The notes under the pieces were generated by a model, which saw nothing but the letters and a program-made list of their open reading frames with translations, did no database searches and was not told the origin of the DNA. Source: Geosiphon pyriformis uo1 (lineage: Eukaryota > Fungi > Glomeromycota). Taken from it: a DNA stretch of 64,000 nt. Positions 1 through 11,729 of the stretch are shown here, in pieces (within the stretch, counting starts at the first letter, position 1; every line of letters begins with the position of its first letter). The position numbers were made by a program, and so were the translations under genes. The stretch lies in contig JAAOMT010000479.1 of NCBI GenBank assembly GCA_016748015.1, forward strand, positions 709,824 to 773,823, read 5' to 3'.

Positions 1-92
1 CTGCCATTTGTGGTACATTCAACAAACACTCTGAAAAAGCCCCGGCTTTTGAATTTGAACCAGAAGAAGAAAAACCAATAATCGAAACATTT

Positions 93-860
93 ATGGCTCT
101 TAGATCAACGTCCAACTGGGCCGATGAAACAGAACAAAAACATTTTACCCTACACACTAAACCCGAAACCTCTGGATGGAATATACCTTACTCAAAACCC
201 GAACCAAGAAAACAACGCCCCTATATTCCCCTTAAATGTAAGGACTGCCACAAGAAATTATCGTCAATGGAAGCCTGCATTTCACCTGAAGAAGAATATG
301 AGAATTATACTTGTTATTACTGCAAGGCTTGCCACAGAGAGCGATGGGGCCATCTAATAAAAAGAAGCGGAAAATGGGACAACACCCCTTGTTTGACTTG
401 TGGAAATATGCTACTGGAAGAATGCAATTGGATTGATGTAGCAATGAGAGGAGGCATCTGCGATCAGACCTGCCAATATGCTTTATCAATTCAGAAAAAG
501 TAAAAAGAGGAACACCCTTTAATGCAGCATACAACAGTGCTCTCAACAAACTTTATCACTACCCTCATGATGCCGAGATGATTTTCGACTTAGCAATGGC
601 ATTAATTAATGGAGCTACCAAAGAAGATGTTTGTCAAATGAAGGAAGCAGAATACATTGAATACACTATGGAATTAGCTAGATTCGATTACGAAGATGAA
701 GTAGAAGTCTACCACCAAATTGCAAGTCACACCTACCCAACTCATGAAGCTCAAATTCAATGATTAGAGCAAATAAACATTAAGCTATGTGAAGAATGCA
801 TTATGTCTTGCGATAAACAATGGTGTCCTGAATGCTATGCTCTTAGTATCCCCTTGCCCA
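93..860 (+). pseudogene. Element A Cys-rich (putative multi-Zn-finger) module between protease and dUTPase; frameshift near 490 and a stop near 761
   Basis: CKDC, CKAC, CLTC, CDQTC, then LCEECIMSCDKQWCPEC. The same Cys spacing occurs in element B. Confidence 0.8.
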
Positions 861-959
861 GCAAAAATGATGAGAATGAAATTGAATTTAGAGAACCTGA
901 AGAAACAGAAGAAATTAAAACAACACCCATCTACCTTATCAAAAATCAGCCTGCCTTAC

Positions 960-1390
960 AACTTAAGTACTTCAACAACAATGGACAAGGAATAAAACCC
1001 GAAAAAGCACACGAAATTGATGCTGGATATGACCTAAGATATCCAGGCAAGGATACTCTTGTTCTCAAACCCAAATCTCTCACAAAAATCAATCTCAAAA
1101 TTGCACTTGAAATTCTGCCAGGAACAATGGTTCAAATCACCTTTCAGTTCTTTCTGACAAGCAAAGGAATTAATGTTAGAGGAAGAATAATCGATGTTGG
1201 ATATACTGGAGACATAACAGTGATGCTTCAAAATGAAACTGACAAATCATTCAAGATTGAACATGCTGAAAAAATTGCCCAAGCTATCTATCTACCCCTA
1301 ATCAACATTTCGGGTTTGCAACTAGTCAATCAAAGAGAGCAATTAGGAAAAAGCAATAGAGGAACCCAAGGTTTTGGTTCAACTGGACGA
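960..1390 (+). pseudogene. dut: Element A trimeric-type dUTPase domain
   Basis: Motifs DAGYDL (I), IIDVGYTGDI (III), EKIAQAI (IV) and RGTQGFGSTG (V). Motif II is eroded (TFQFFL versus ASRSSL in B). Confidence 0.92.
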
Positions 1391-1667
1391 TTCACAGTTC
1401 CAGTTAATATAGCTCTTAACACACAGAATGAATCCCACCAGATTCTCAGACTTCCACAACTGATTACTATCTCACTCTTTGGAGAACATCTGGAAATCTA
1501 CACCTGCCCAAAGCCAACAACCACACAACAAATTTTTGAGTCCAATGAACAAGTCTGCTTGGAACATAATATTTTGATCTCAAACATTTATATTCCAGAA
1601 GGAACAAAGAAAGTCCAAGTTACTTTTTACAACCCCAATAATTACCCCATAATTTTATTAAATAACT

Positions 1668-2318
1668 NNNNNNNNNNNNNNNNNNNNNNNNNNNNNNNNN
1701 NNNNNNNNNNNNNNNNNNNNNNNNNNNNNNNNNNNNNNNNNNNNNNNNNNNNNNNNNNNNNNNNNNNNNNNNNNNNNNNNNNNNNNNNNNNNNNNNNNNN
1801 NNNNNNNNNNNNNNNNNNNNNNNNNNNNNNNNNNNNNNNNNNNNNNNNNNNNNNNNNNNNNNNNNNNNNNNNNNNNNNNNNNNNNNNNNNNNNNNNNNNN
1901 NNNNNNNNNNNNNNNNNNNNNNNNNNNNNNNNNNNNNNNNNNNNNNNNNNNNNNNNNNNNNNNNNNNNNNNNNNNNNNNNNNNNNNNNNNNNNNNNNNNN
2001 NNNNNNNNNNNNNNNNNNNNNNNNNNNNNNNNNNNNNNNNNNNNNNNNNNNNNNNNNNNNNNNNNNNNNNNNNNNNNNNNNNNNNNNNNNNNNNNNNNNN
2101 NNNNNNNNNNNNNNNNNNNNNNNNNNNNNNNNNNNNNNNNNNNNNNNNNNNNNNNNNNNNNNNNNNNNNNNNNNNNNNNNNNNNNNNNNNNNNNNNNNNN
2201 NNNNNNNNNNNNNNNNNNNNNNNNNNNNNNNNNNNNNNNNNNNNNNNNNNNNNNNNNNNNNNNNNNNNNNNNNNNNNNNNNNNNNNNNNNNNNNNNNNNN
2301 NNNNNNNNNNNNNNNNNN
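1668..2318. other. Assembly gap (651 N)
   Basis: N run. The equivalent interval in B is ~1.5 kb and contains RT-RH, so the gap is probably undersized. Confidence 0.99.
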
Positions 2319-2408
2319 ACACCAATGTTGATTGTCTCTCAAGAATGAGGCAAAATTAGAAAACAAAACCAACACCCATTTGAATTAACAGCATCAAAAC
2401 AACAAACA

Positions 2409-3794
2409 ATGAACTCCGAAAACTACAACAATCTTAAACAATATTTAAAGACATTAACAATCCCAACAGATTGGTCTCCAGACAAAAAACATCAGTTACA
2501 ACAACAAGCCAAACAATATTTTCTACACAACAACATTATCTATTATCGAAATTTCAAAAACCCAACCAAACCACTCAGATTAATACAAGAACTGGAAAAA
2601 GAGACCATTTTATACAATATGCACTCAGATCTTTCATCAGCATACTTTGGAAAAGATAGCACCACCCAAAGAACACTAAAATACTACTTTTGGCCTCGAA
2701 TGAGAAAAGACATTCACGAATATGTCGAATCTTGTGATAGTTGTCAAAGAAGAGGAGGAACTCGCTCTACAGAACCTTTAAATCCAATCAAAGTTGGACA
2801 GTCTTTTGACAGAGTTGATATCAATTTAGTCGGACCACTATCTATCACCACTCAAGGAAAGCATTATATTACAGTAGCTGTAGACTATCTTACTAAATGG
2901 CCGGAAGCCAGAGCCATTCAATGAGCAGATGCAAAATCAGTAGCAAATTTCATCTACGAAGACATCATTTGTAGACACGAATGTCCAATTGAACTTTTAT
3001 CCAATCAGGGAACACACTTTGTGAACAACCTGATACAAAAAATTTGTGAATGATTCAATGTCAAAAGACCTCTGTCTTTGCCCTACCATCCACAAACAAA
3101 CGGACTTGTGGAATGTTTTAACAAAACATTGTGTGAGTCATTAGCCAAAGTTTCAACTGATTTTGAGCAAGAATGGGATCTCTTTATTCCATCAGTGTTA
3201 CTAGCATATAGAACATTAAAACAAGATACCATGAAACACACACCATTTGATTTAACTTATGGAAGGATGGCAACGTTACCAATTAGTTTCACAGTAGAAA
3301 CATATCCAGCACAACCAATTGATGAAAACAATTTCCAAGAAACGCTTCAGCAAAGAGCCTATACTCTGCTTAGCACATTGGAAGAAAAACAATGAATAGC
3401 AGCCACCCATATTGAACACTCCCAAGCTCAACAAAAAGAACGGCATGATAACAAATTGTCTTCAGTCACCAATAAATTTAAAATTGGAAACAAAGTTTTT
3501 TTACACAGAACAAAAGCTGAAAAACAATGGAGTGGAAAATTTGAAAATAAATGGGATGGACCATTCTTTATCCATGAAGTTCTAGGCAATGGATCATACA
3601 AACTAAGACTTGATGACAAAATCCTAGCAAAAGTTGCACATGGAGATCGTTTGAAACACTATCATTCCAGAAACAATCCTGAACCATTAATTCTACAAAT
3701 TGGTACACATTCCTCTTTGGTCAGTCCTGAAGATATTCCCCGAAACTTAGAACCAATAGTTGTCATTAAACAACCTTCCAACCTGAACACTTAA
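2409..3794 (+). pseudogene. Element A integrase as a stand-alone ORF (~461 codons, three in-frame TGA stops)
   Basis: ORFs 2409, 3078 and 3456 are in one frame. HHCC remnant (MHSD..Y..CDSC), DDE remnants (INLVGP, SNQG, GLVECFN), YHPQTNG, C-terminal WDGPF. No chromodomain. Confidence 0.93.
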
Positions 3795-3908
3795 TTTAAT
3801 TTACTAGTTATTCTCTTATAATTTAGAAACAATCTCACAAAAACAAAACAAAAATAACATAAAAACCCATACACCAAAAATAATTTTTAGTTTTTTCAAT
3901 TGCTTATA

Positions 3909-4585
3909 ATGACTATTCCTCAAAACATTTAACAATTATCTCAAAAACTAATGTTAGCTTTAAAAACAATACCTGATTTATCCATTACTGTTATTGGAAA
4001 CCACATTAATTATACCCAAACAGAAGTAGTTACGAATTTAGCCCCAAATTCACAAAAATATCACCCATATAAAAAGAACACAAGAAGTTATACTGGAATT
4101 CACCTGCCAGAACTTTTAAAGCTTGCTTTAAGAGAAAACCTAATGCTCACTCCAATTAGTATTCCACTAAATGCTACAATTCAACAAAAACTTCAACTGT
4201 GTCTCAATGAAGAAAACACTGAATATCCTCCAATCTATAGATATTTTCACATTGGAAAAACACTTTATGAACGGAAACTGGAACTTACAACAGCAAACCT
4301 CACAAAAAAAGCTATTCAGAAACAACTCCACAATAAATTCAAGACAACAGCTGGATCAACAAACAGTCACTACAGGCTTAGAGCTGCTCTTAGACTTTAT
4401 GACCTATTCCACACCTGTGAAAACGTACTACAAAACCCAATTTTTCAACCTTTGAAGATTTAATACATTGGAAAGCTCACAGAACTGAAATTTCAACAAT
4501 TTTCAGACCAAATTTCTTCAATAATTTTGGATTATTATCTGGAAATAACAGACAGTGCTTGGACTTCGACGAAGCTCAGTCTTGA
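3909..4585 (+). pseudogene. Element A accessory ORF3 (~225-240 aa, predicted soluble and helical, not Env-like)
   Basis: ATG 3909 is in frame with ORF 3951-4463, with two TAA stops probably from CAA. Aligns to B ORF3 at the N-terminus (MTIPQNI/MEIPDYI), the core and the C-terminus (DFDEAQS*/DFDGTQY*). The latter requires one frameshift; otherwise the frame runs to 4628 inside the LTR. Confidence 0.7.
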
Positions 4586-4593
4586 GGAGGAGA
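4584..4593 (+). other. Polypurine tract of element A
   Basis: GAGGAGGAGA, 3 nt upstream of the LTR start TGTTACC. Confidence 0.8.
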
Positions 4594-4596
4594 TTA

Positions 4597-5555
4597 TGTT
4601 ACCAGACGAAATTAGAGATATTATTTAGCATGAAATTATCTTATAATTCTTATCATTAATTAGCACATATTATTGTTCAAATGATCACTTATTACATTAG
4701 CAAAAATGTCCAAAATTATCATTTAATTAATAACCCAAATTGTACACAACACAGATGTAACCTAATTGCGATGATCAATCATGCAATACTTCGAACTATG
4801 TAACATTCAGAAGTTTGCCAAAATTTGTAGAAATTTGCTGAAATAATTGATAGTTCACCAAAATAACTTGTAGTTCGCCGAAATGTATCTTTAGTTTAGC
4901 GAAATTGTAGAAAATAGCAAAGTTCAAGTTCATAGAATAGTGTTACAACAAGTTGTATAAAAGAAGAGCTTCTCTCTTCAAGAAAATGTATCTTACTTTA
5001 GATTTATCTCTTAAAACCGTTCCTATACACACAAAAAGAAATAAATATCAAATAAATTCGAAAAACCAAATTCTTTAATTATTGTACTTGAAAAATCTCC
5101 AAAAACCCAACTAACATTTCGAAATTGATTAGCTACCAATTTCAGTAAACTGTTAGTGACTCCAGGCCTGGATAGAAAACGTTTTTCTTGACAAAATTCT
5201 ATTTCTTTTACATTTCTTTTATTTTCTTTTTCTTTTATTATTACAATTATTAGAGTAGCCTACAGACGAGATTCCTGTAGAAGAGTTGACTTTCACAGCA
5301 AAGTAATTATACATTTTAGTGAGCTTTCAGATGAGCAATTCCTGGAAAAGAGTTAACATTTATTACAACATAACTACATAAAGTAACTGGCAAGAAATTG
5401 GCCATTCTACTTATAAGCCCAGCAGTTCAAATTATAGAAAATAATTTGAAGATAAATTCAGTTACTGGAGGTTCAACCACATCCAGAAAACGTGAATTCA
5501 CAGCAAATAAGTATCAACAACATTACTGAAAAGAGACCAAAAACCTCCGGTAACA
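4597..5555 (+). repeat. 3' LTR of element A (959 bp)
   Basis: Starts TGTTACC and ends GGTAACA (perfect 7-bp terminal inverted repeat). Follows the PPT; TATAAAAG near 4956. LINE ORF2 sequence resumes right after 5555. Confidence 0.88.
4811..4905 (+). promoter_or_regulatory. U3 array of 5 phased sites, consensus AGTTCGCCGAAAT, 20-bp period, upstream of TATA
   Basis: Units at 4811, 4831, 4851, 4871 and 4892. Most variants are explained by CpG>TG/CA decay. Confidence 0.7.
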
Positions 5556-6936
5556 TCAACACTCATGCTCTTTTTCAAAAGGTTAAAATTGCATCTAATA
5601 CCAAACAAGCATTTAGCAGCTTCAAAAAAAAAGCCAATACTTTCCTACTATAATGCTTCTAAAGTTCATTAAGAATTCCAGACAAACCAGCAGCTTTATT
5701 ATTAAGCAAATTACTAATAGTTAAAGACAATTCTCCTATGTTAATTTCTTTCATTACACCAGAGAAAGCATCATTATTCACATAATTCAGAGACATATAT
5801 TGACAAGACTACAGATCAGGCATCTTTGAAAGTACTGACTGCTTTCTTGTTCACCTTTCTATGATCTCATTAACCTTAGGCTCCATCACTATTATATTGT
5901 TTACCATCAGGTAATCCAAAACAACCTTGTGAAATGAGCATTTCAAAATGTTTTTTATCATTTATTCTTTGTCAAAACAGAAATTTTTTATATACTGGTT
6001 AATAGTCTTTCTAATATTAATATCTTCAGCCAATTTTAATTTATAATACTTAAATTTCTGATATTTTTTTCTCACTACTGACAAATGTCTAACCAAATCT
6101 CTTGAACCAATACTATCTAAAACCATGCTAATAATTTTAAATGTCTCAACAATATCAATAGATGTCCAAATCTTAACAAGGCAGTCAAAATTCAGAAAAT
6201 CTCCAGAATTTCAACATTTTACAATCTTGGCAATAAGCAGCTCCAACTTATAAAATTTTGATGATTGTTTGTTTTTTAAACAATTATATTTACTATACCA
6301 GCTCTTAGAAAACACTTCAATAATAGCTTGTATCATGACTTCTTTCAACAAATTTCACATTATATCTAAGTTACTATTGTCTTTTGCAACTTCAAACATG
6401 TTCAATCTGGTCAACAACACAGTGGAAAAACATTCCCTAAAATGCAACTATTAAACTTCATCAGCATTCTCCAACTTGAACTTCTATTGGTTTTAGTTGG
6501 CCTGCTTATGAGCACTAATAAAATGAGCATTCAGAAATTCATCCAAACCAATTAAAACTGAAACTAACTTATGATCTGTATTAAAAAACCTAGACACATT
6601 ATCAACTTTATGTGATACAACTGCAGATATTAGATTCTTATTTACAAAGATAAAATCTATAACTCTTTCAATGCCTTTAAAATTGTTCCAAGTAGGAGCT
6701 TTGGCCAATACATGTCTATTGAAAGTATTAACCAGACCCAAATCTAAGCAAAACTTAAAACTAGCACTTTTTTTGGATTCATTTTCATTAAAGTCACCAC
6801 CTAAAACCACAAAAAAGTTAGAATTGACTGCCTTAAATATCATAGAGTTGATATTAGCAGCTTGGCCAAAACAAGTACCAATAGGTACACAAACATAAAG
6901 ATCCAAAACTAAAACCAAAAACTTATTCTTAAACAG
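5556..6936 (-). mobile_element. LINE ORF2 fragment (C-terminal half of APE endonuclease, linker, start of RT)
   Basis: VLGGDFNE, PTW, VIDFIFV and NTDH APE motifs (ORF 6493-6918). KAAGLSGI (KAPGPDG-equivalent) lies near 5680-5700. Confidence 0.9.
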
Positions 6937-7781
6937 TGTTACAAATAATTATTTGGGGTCTCAAATCAAATAACAAATCCATAACTTGGTACTTGGTTGG
7001 TATTCCAGTATTAATATCTAAAGATGTGGTTTATCTGAAGGTTTTATTGTGAAGTTTTTTGTATAATGGACAGAAATTTAATTGATGGTTTTATCTGTAG
7101 CTTCCTAAAACCACAGTTTTGTCAAATTTTTTTCTCAGCATGGTGGCTGGTAATCCTCCTGGTAAGCTATCCTCAAATCTATGAGTGTTTTATCCTTGTT
7201 TCACGGGTCTTTTACCAGTCTCTATGACATCTGTAACTCAGCGCTTAATTCTTAATCAATTTAGTAAAACCAAAGAAATAACAAAAGAAATAAAAGAAAA
7301 TAAAAGAAAATAAAGAATAAACAAAAGCAATTGCAAGTTAGTATTCCATCAATAGCCATGATCAAGAGCTATTGTTCTAGTATGGTTAAGTATCAATTAC
7401 TATCAACATGAAGTGTTGATAATGAAGAATGAATTGAGATAGTGAATAATTATTTATTGATATTTTATAAATTAGAAGGTCGCTTAGATGAAATCTAAAC
7501 TGAAAGATCTGTTTTTTCTATTTCTAATGTTATTATTATATATACATAATTTGGGTTCTATGAGATCACTCACATTCTTGAGTGATGTGCTATAATTTTT
7601 CAAGCAATGCTCACATTGCTAAACAATATGCTATATTTTCTGATATTGCTCCACATTGCTGAACAATGTGCCATGATTTCTGATATTGCTCCATATTGCT
7701 GAGCAATGTGCTCACATGTTAACTACTACTCTCTTATTGGTCTACTATTTTTCTATATCTGTTTTCTTTGTATGAGTAACA
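6937..7781 (-). repeat. 3' LTR of element B (845 bp)
   Basis: TGTTAC...GTAACA; direct repeat of 16119-16963. The minus-strand purine tract AAAAAAGAGAAAA at ~7785-7797 abuts it. Confidence 0.97.
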
Positions 7782-7795
7782 TTATTTTCTCTTTT

Positions 7796-8431
7796 TTAAT
7801 ATTGAGTTCCATCAAAATCTTTATTTTGAATTAATTCCAATACTTTTTTTTCAAGTATTGTTTATTTGACTCTGTTTCTCATGTTTTCTACTTGTGTATT
7901 GTTTATTTTTCTTTATTGGTTAATGGTTATGGTTTCTATGTCAAAGTGTAACAGTATTTCTGAATAGTTTTGAAATATGTTGTGTAATCGGTACATTGTT
8001 TTAACATGTAGTGTTGAATTTGTTTTCTTTTCAATAAATTCTTCAATTTGTTGTATTATGTTTTGGTTGAATATTCTCTTGGATTTGTCAATATACAACT
8101 TTTGAATATTCAACTTTTGACCTAACTAATAGTAGCAATATGATATTAAAAGTTGTTCTGTTCATTGCTTCCAATTTTTTTTTGTAAGCTCTTTTGTTGG
8201 TGCCATAATAGGTATTTTCCCAAAAGTGTTCTTTACTTTTTCTATTAAGTTATCTGTCTAGTTTTTATTATTCTTTGGTGGCTGCTGATATAGTGTCTTC
8301 TTTGTCTTTCTTTGGGTGTTTTAATAGCAAATTATTTGGTTGTTAATAACAATTTCTATGTCTAACTGTTGTTGACTTAAGGCCTGGAACAATTGTTGAA
8401 CTATAGTGTCAATATAATCTGGTATTTCCAT
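7796..8431 (-). pseudogene. Element B accessory ORF3 (homologue of A ORF3), with stops and a frameshift
   Basis: ATG at 8431 (MEIPDYIDTIVQQLFQAL). Core in ORF 7913-8113 (KTMYRLHNIF versus A RAALRLYDLF). Ends DFDGTQY* at the PPT. Confidence 0.68.
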
Positions 8432-8489
8432 TTTTTTTTCTTGGTTGCTTTTGTTGCATGTACTGTGTCTTTATATACTTTTTGGTTGT

Positions 8490-9872
8490 TCAATTTGACG
8501 TGTTTGGTTCAATAACTATGATTGGTTCCAGATCTTGTAAAATTTTATCTGGTTAAGCTAGTATTCTTTGTATTCCCAATTGTGAAATGTTATTGGTAGA
8601 TGATAATACTATCTGGTAATATGGTTTCAGTCAATCACCATGTGCTGCTTTGGCTAAAATTTTGTTGTTCCATCTTAATTTATAAGCTTTATTTCCTAGA
8701 ATTTCTTTTATGTGAAATGGTCTATCCCATTTGGGGTCAAATTTTCCACTCCATTGTTTTTCCACTTTGGTACAATGTAATAATACTTTGTCTCCAATCT
8801 TGAATTCAATTGGTTTATCTAGTAATTAATTATCGTGTTATTTTTTTTGCTTTTTTTGTGCTTTTTGAATGTTATCAGCTGCTTTTTGTCATCTGTTTTC
8901 TAGTGTTTTCATTAAGTCATATATTTTTCTCAACAATGTTTCTTGGAAATTATCTTCTGTTATTGGTTCAGTTAGATATGTATTGATCTCTATCTCAATT
9001 AGTAATGTTGCTGTTCTACTATATACCAATTCAAATAGTGTTGGTTGTGTGGTATCTTGTTTCATTGTTTGATAAGCAAATAATACTGATGGTATAAACA
9101 AATCTCATTCATTCTGGTTTTCTTGGCTAATTTTTGCTATTGCTTTACACAGTGTTCTGTTGAATCTTTCAACTAACTCATTTGTTTGTGGATGGTATGA
9201 TGATGATAGTGGTTTTTTTATTCCAAATCTTTGGCTTAATTCTGCTAATGTTTTATTCACAAAGTGAGTTCCTTGATTCAATAATAATTCTTTTGGACAT
9301 TCATGTTGACAGATCAAATCTTAATGAATGAATTTGGCAACAGATTTTGTATCTGCTCTTTGAATGGCTTTTGCTTCTGGCCATTTAGTGAGATAGTCCA
9401 TGGCTACTGCAATATATCTGTTGCCTCTGCTGGTGATTGTTAACAGTCTGACTAAGTTAATTCCAATGTGATCGAATAGTTGTTTCACTTTGATTGGTCT
9501 CAATGGTTTACTGGGTCTTGTTCCTCCTCTTCTCTGACAAGCATCACAATTTTGAATATACTGGATGATGTCTGGATATATTGATGGCCAATAGTATTTT
9601 TTCCTAGTTCTTTTCATGGTTGCTTCTTTATAAAAATGTCTTGCTGTTGGATCTGAATGCATATTGAACAATATTGTCTCTTTTTCTGATTCCTTGATTA
9701 CTCTGGTTGGTTGATCTGGATTCTTTTTGTTTTTTTGGTAAAGTATATTTTGGTGATTGATAAAATATTTTGATTGTTGTTTGATGTTGTTTTGTTTCTT
9801 TTGAGATAATTTCTTCTTGAATAATTGGATATTTATATAATGTTGGAGTTGTTGATATTTTTGTATATTTAT
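8490..9872 (-). pseudogene. Element B integrase as a separate ORF
   Basis: MHSDPTARHF...CDAC (HHCC), GINLV, NQGTHF, YHPQTNELVERFN. Starts (M>I)NIQKYQQLQHY 30 nt after the RNaseH stop. The 3' limit is approximate. Confidence 0.9.
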
Positions 9873-9902
9873 CTTTTGTTATATTTTTGGGTTGAAATGT
9901 TT

Positions 9903-11300
9903 TTAAATTTGTTTCATTTGCAACAATCTGTCAGCATTTCTATTGTCTTTTCCTTTTTTATAATGTACTGTATAATTGAATGGTGAAAGTTCTATTTTCC
10001 ATCTGGTATGGTGGTTATCTCCAAATTCTTGCTTCTGAATTGAAGTCAATCTCTTGTAATCAGTGTACACCTCAAATTTCTGACTTAAGTATTCTTTCTA
10101 CTTGATGACAGTCCAATAGATAGCTAAGTGTTTCAGTGCTGGAGTTCTATAGTTTTTTTCTGCTGGATTTAAGCTTCTATTGGCATAAGCTACTGGATGT
10201 TCTTTTCCATTCAGTCTTTTTTGCAATAGTACTGCTCCCAATGCTTGACCAGATGCATCTGTGGTGATTATAAATGGCTTGCTATAATCTGGATAGATCA
10301 GTACTGAGGCTTGAATAAGCTTTCTTCTTAATATATCAAAAGCTTTTTGTTGAGTTTCAGTCCATTTGTATTTGGTGTTCTTTGTTTGGAGTTGGTGTAG
10401 TAGTTGAGCTATTTTGGAAAAGTCTTTAATAAAGTAGTAGTAGTATCCAGCAAATCCCAAGAAGGCTCTCAATTCTGTGAGATTATTTGGTACTGGAAAG
10501 TTCTTGACAATTTTGATCTTGTCTGAATCCATTTTAATTCTATTTTTGCTCACAACATGTTCCAAAAACTTGAGTTCAGTTTTTCCAAAGAAACATTTGG
10601 TTGCATTTAGTTTTAATCTGGCTCTTCTTAATCTTTTGAACACTTGTTGGAGATGATGCAGATGATCATCAAATGTTTTTGAGAACACATTTGTGTTATT
10701 TAAGTAGACAACTACTGATTTCCACAGTAATCCAGTATAGACAATTTTCATGAGCTGTTGGAATGTTGCTGAAGCATTCATCAAGCCAAATAGCATGACT
10801 TCAAACTCAAAATTTTTTTCTCTTGTGGTAAATACTGTTTTTTTTTTGTCGGCTGAGTTCATGGCTACTTGCCAATAACTATTATCTAAGTCTAGTGTTG
10901 AGAACCATTTATTTCTTCCAAAAGCATTGAATAGTTCTTGGATTTTTGGAGTTGGATAGCTATCCCCTTTAGTTACTCCATTCAGTTTCCAGTAATTCAC
11001 ACAAAAGTGGATTTTCCTATTTTTCTTCTGGATTAATACCACTGGTGACAAACATAGACTCATTGATGGCTGAATTAGCCCATTTTTAAGCATCTAATTG
11101 ATTTCTTGCCAAATGATTTCATGGCTAGCTGGTGGTACTCTGTATGCTCTTTGTTTAATTAACATTACATCTTCAGTCTTGATCTGATGCTGGATGATGT
11201 TGGTGTGGCCAAATTTATTTTTGCTAGCAAAAATGTTATTGAAATTGTTAAGTAACATCCTTAGTTGCATTTGTTGGAGTGGGTCTAGATTCTCCATGTT
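9903..11300 (-). pseudogene. Element B reverse transcriptase-RNase H
   Basis: SPVVLIQKK, FSTLDL, YLNN (eroded YLDD), TDASG..LGAVL, VAYANRSL. Ends NADRLLQMKQI* at 9903. Confidence 0.95.
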
Positions 11301-11729
11301 TATCTGTTCCAATTGTTTTGGTTGGAGCAGATAACATTCACTTTGCCCATAGATGGTTTGTGATGTGATGTCCACATATCTGCAAAGCTGTGAAAAATCT
11401 GGAATATGGTCTGGTGGTTGATCTTCAACTTTAGTGATTAAATATCCAATGATGGTTCCTTTTGGTATTTCAATAACATTTCCCATTGTGTTGTAGATGA
11501 AAATTTTGATGTTTTTGGGGCTTTTGGCTAATATGTAGAGATTAGTGAGTTCAATCTCTCCTAATTTACAAATGGTGGCTTCTGCTTCAAACAACTGAGC
11601 TCGATTCTTTACTTTTCTTTTTATGGCTAACATATACTGGTCATATGGTGGGATGGAAATTGATTGACAGATTGAGATAATTTCTCCTTTGTCAATACTC
11701 TTTTCCTCTGCCATATTAACTGGTATATC

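Larger units (their letters stand above)
1..5555 (+). mobile_element. Ty3/Gypsy-type LTR retrotransposon A, 3' part (end of PR, Cys-rich module, dUTPase, RT/RH largely in gap, separate IN ORF, ORF3, PPT, 3' LTR); degenerate
   Basis: Domain-by-domain homology with element B: PAICGTF/PAICGYF at the PR end, SNWADE/VSWADE, GKWDN. Also dUTPase motifs, RNaseH end NVDCLSR, integrase HHCC/DDE, and a PPT followed by a TG...CA LTR. Confidence 0.93.

Noticed and set aside
803-2375. Long ORFs (518, 251, 227 aa) spanning 1668-2318
   Set aside because: Artefacts of translating through the N gap; a dUTPase-RNaseH fusion lacking RT cannot be inferred.
3909-4628. ORF3 as a retroviral env gene
   Set aside because: No signal peptide, furin site or TM anchor, and too short.
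7570-7712. Palindromic repeats with regular spacing as a CRISPR-like array
   Set aside because: Spacers are similar to each other, the array is duplicated in both LTRs, the context is eukaryotic and there are no cas genes.
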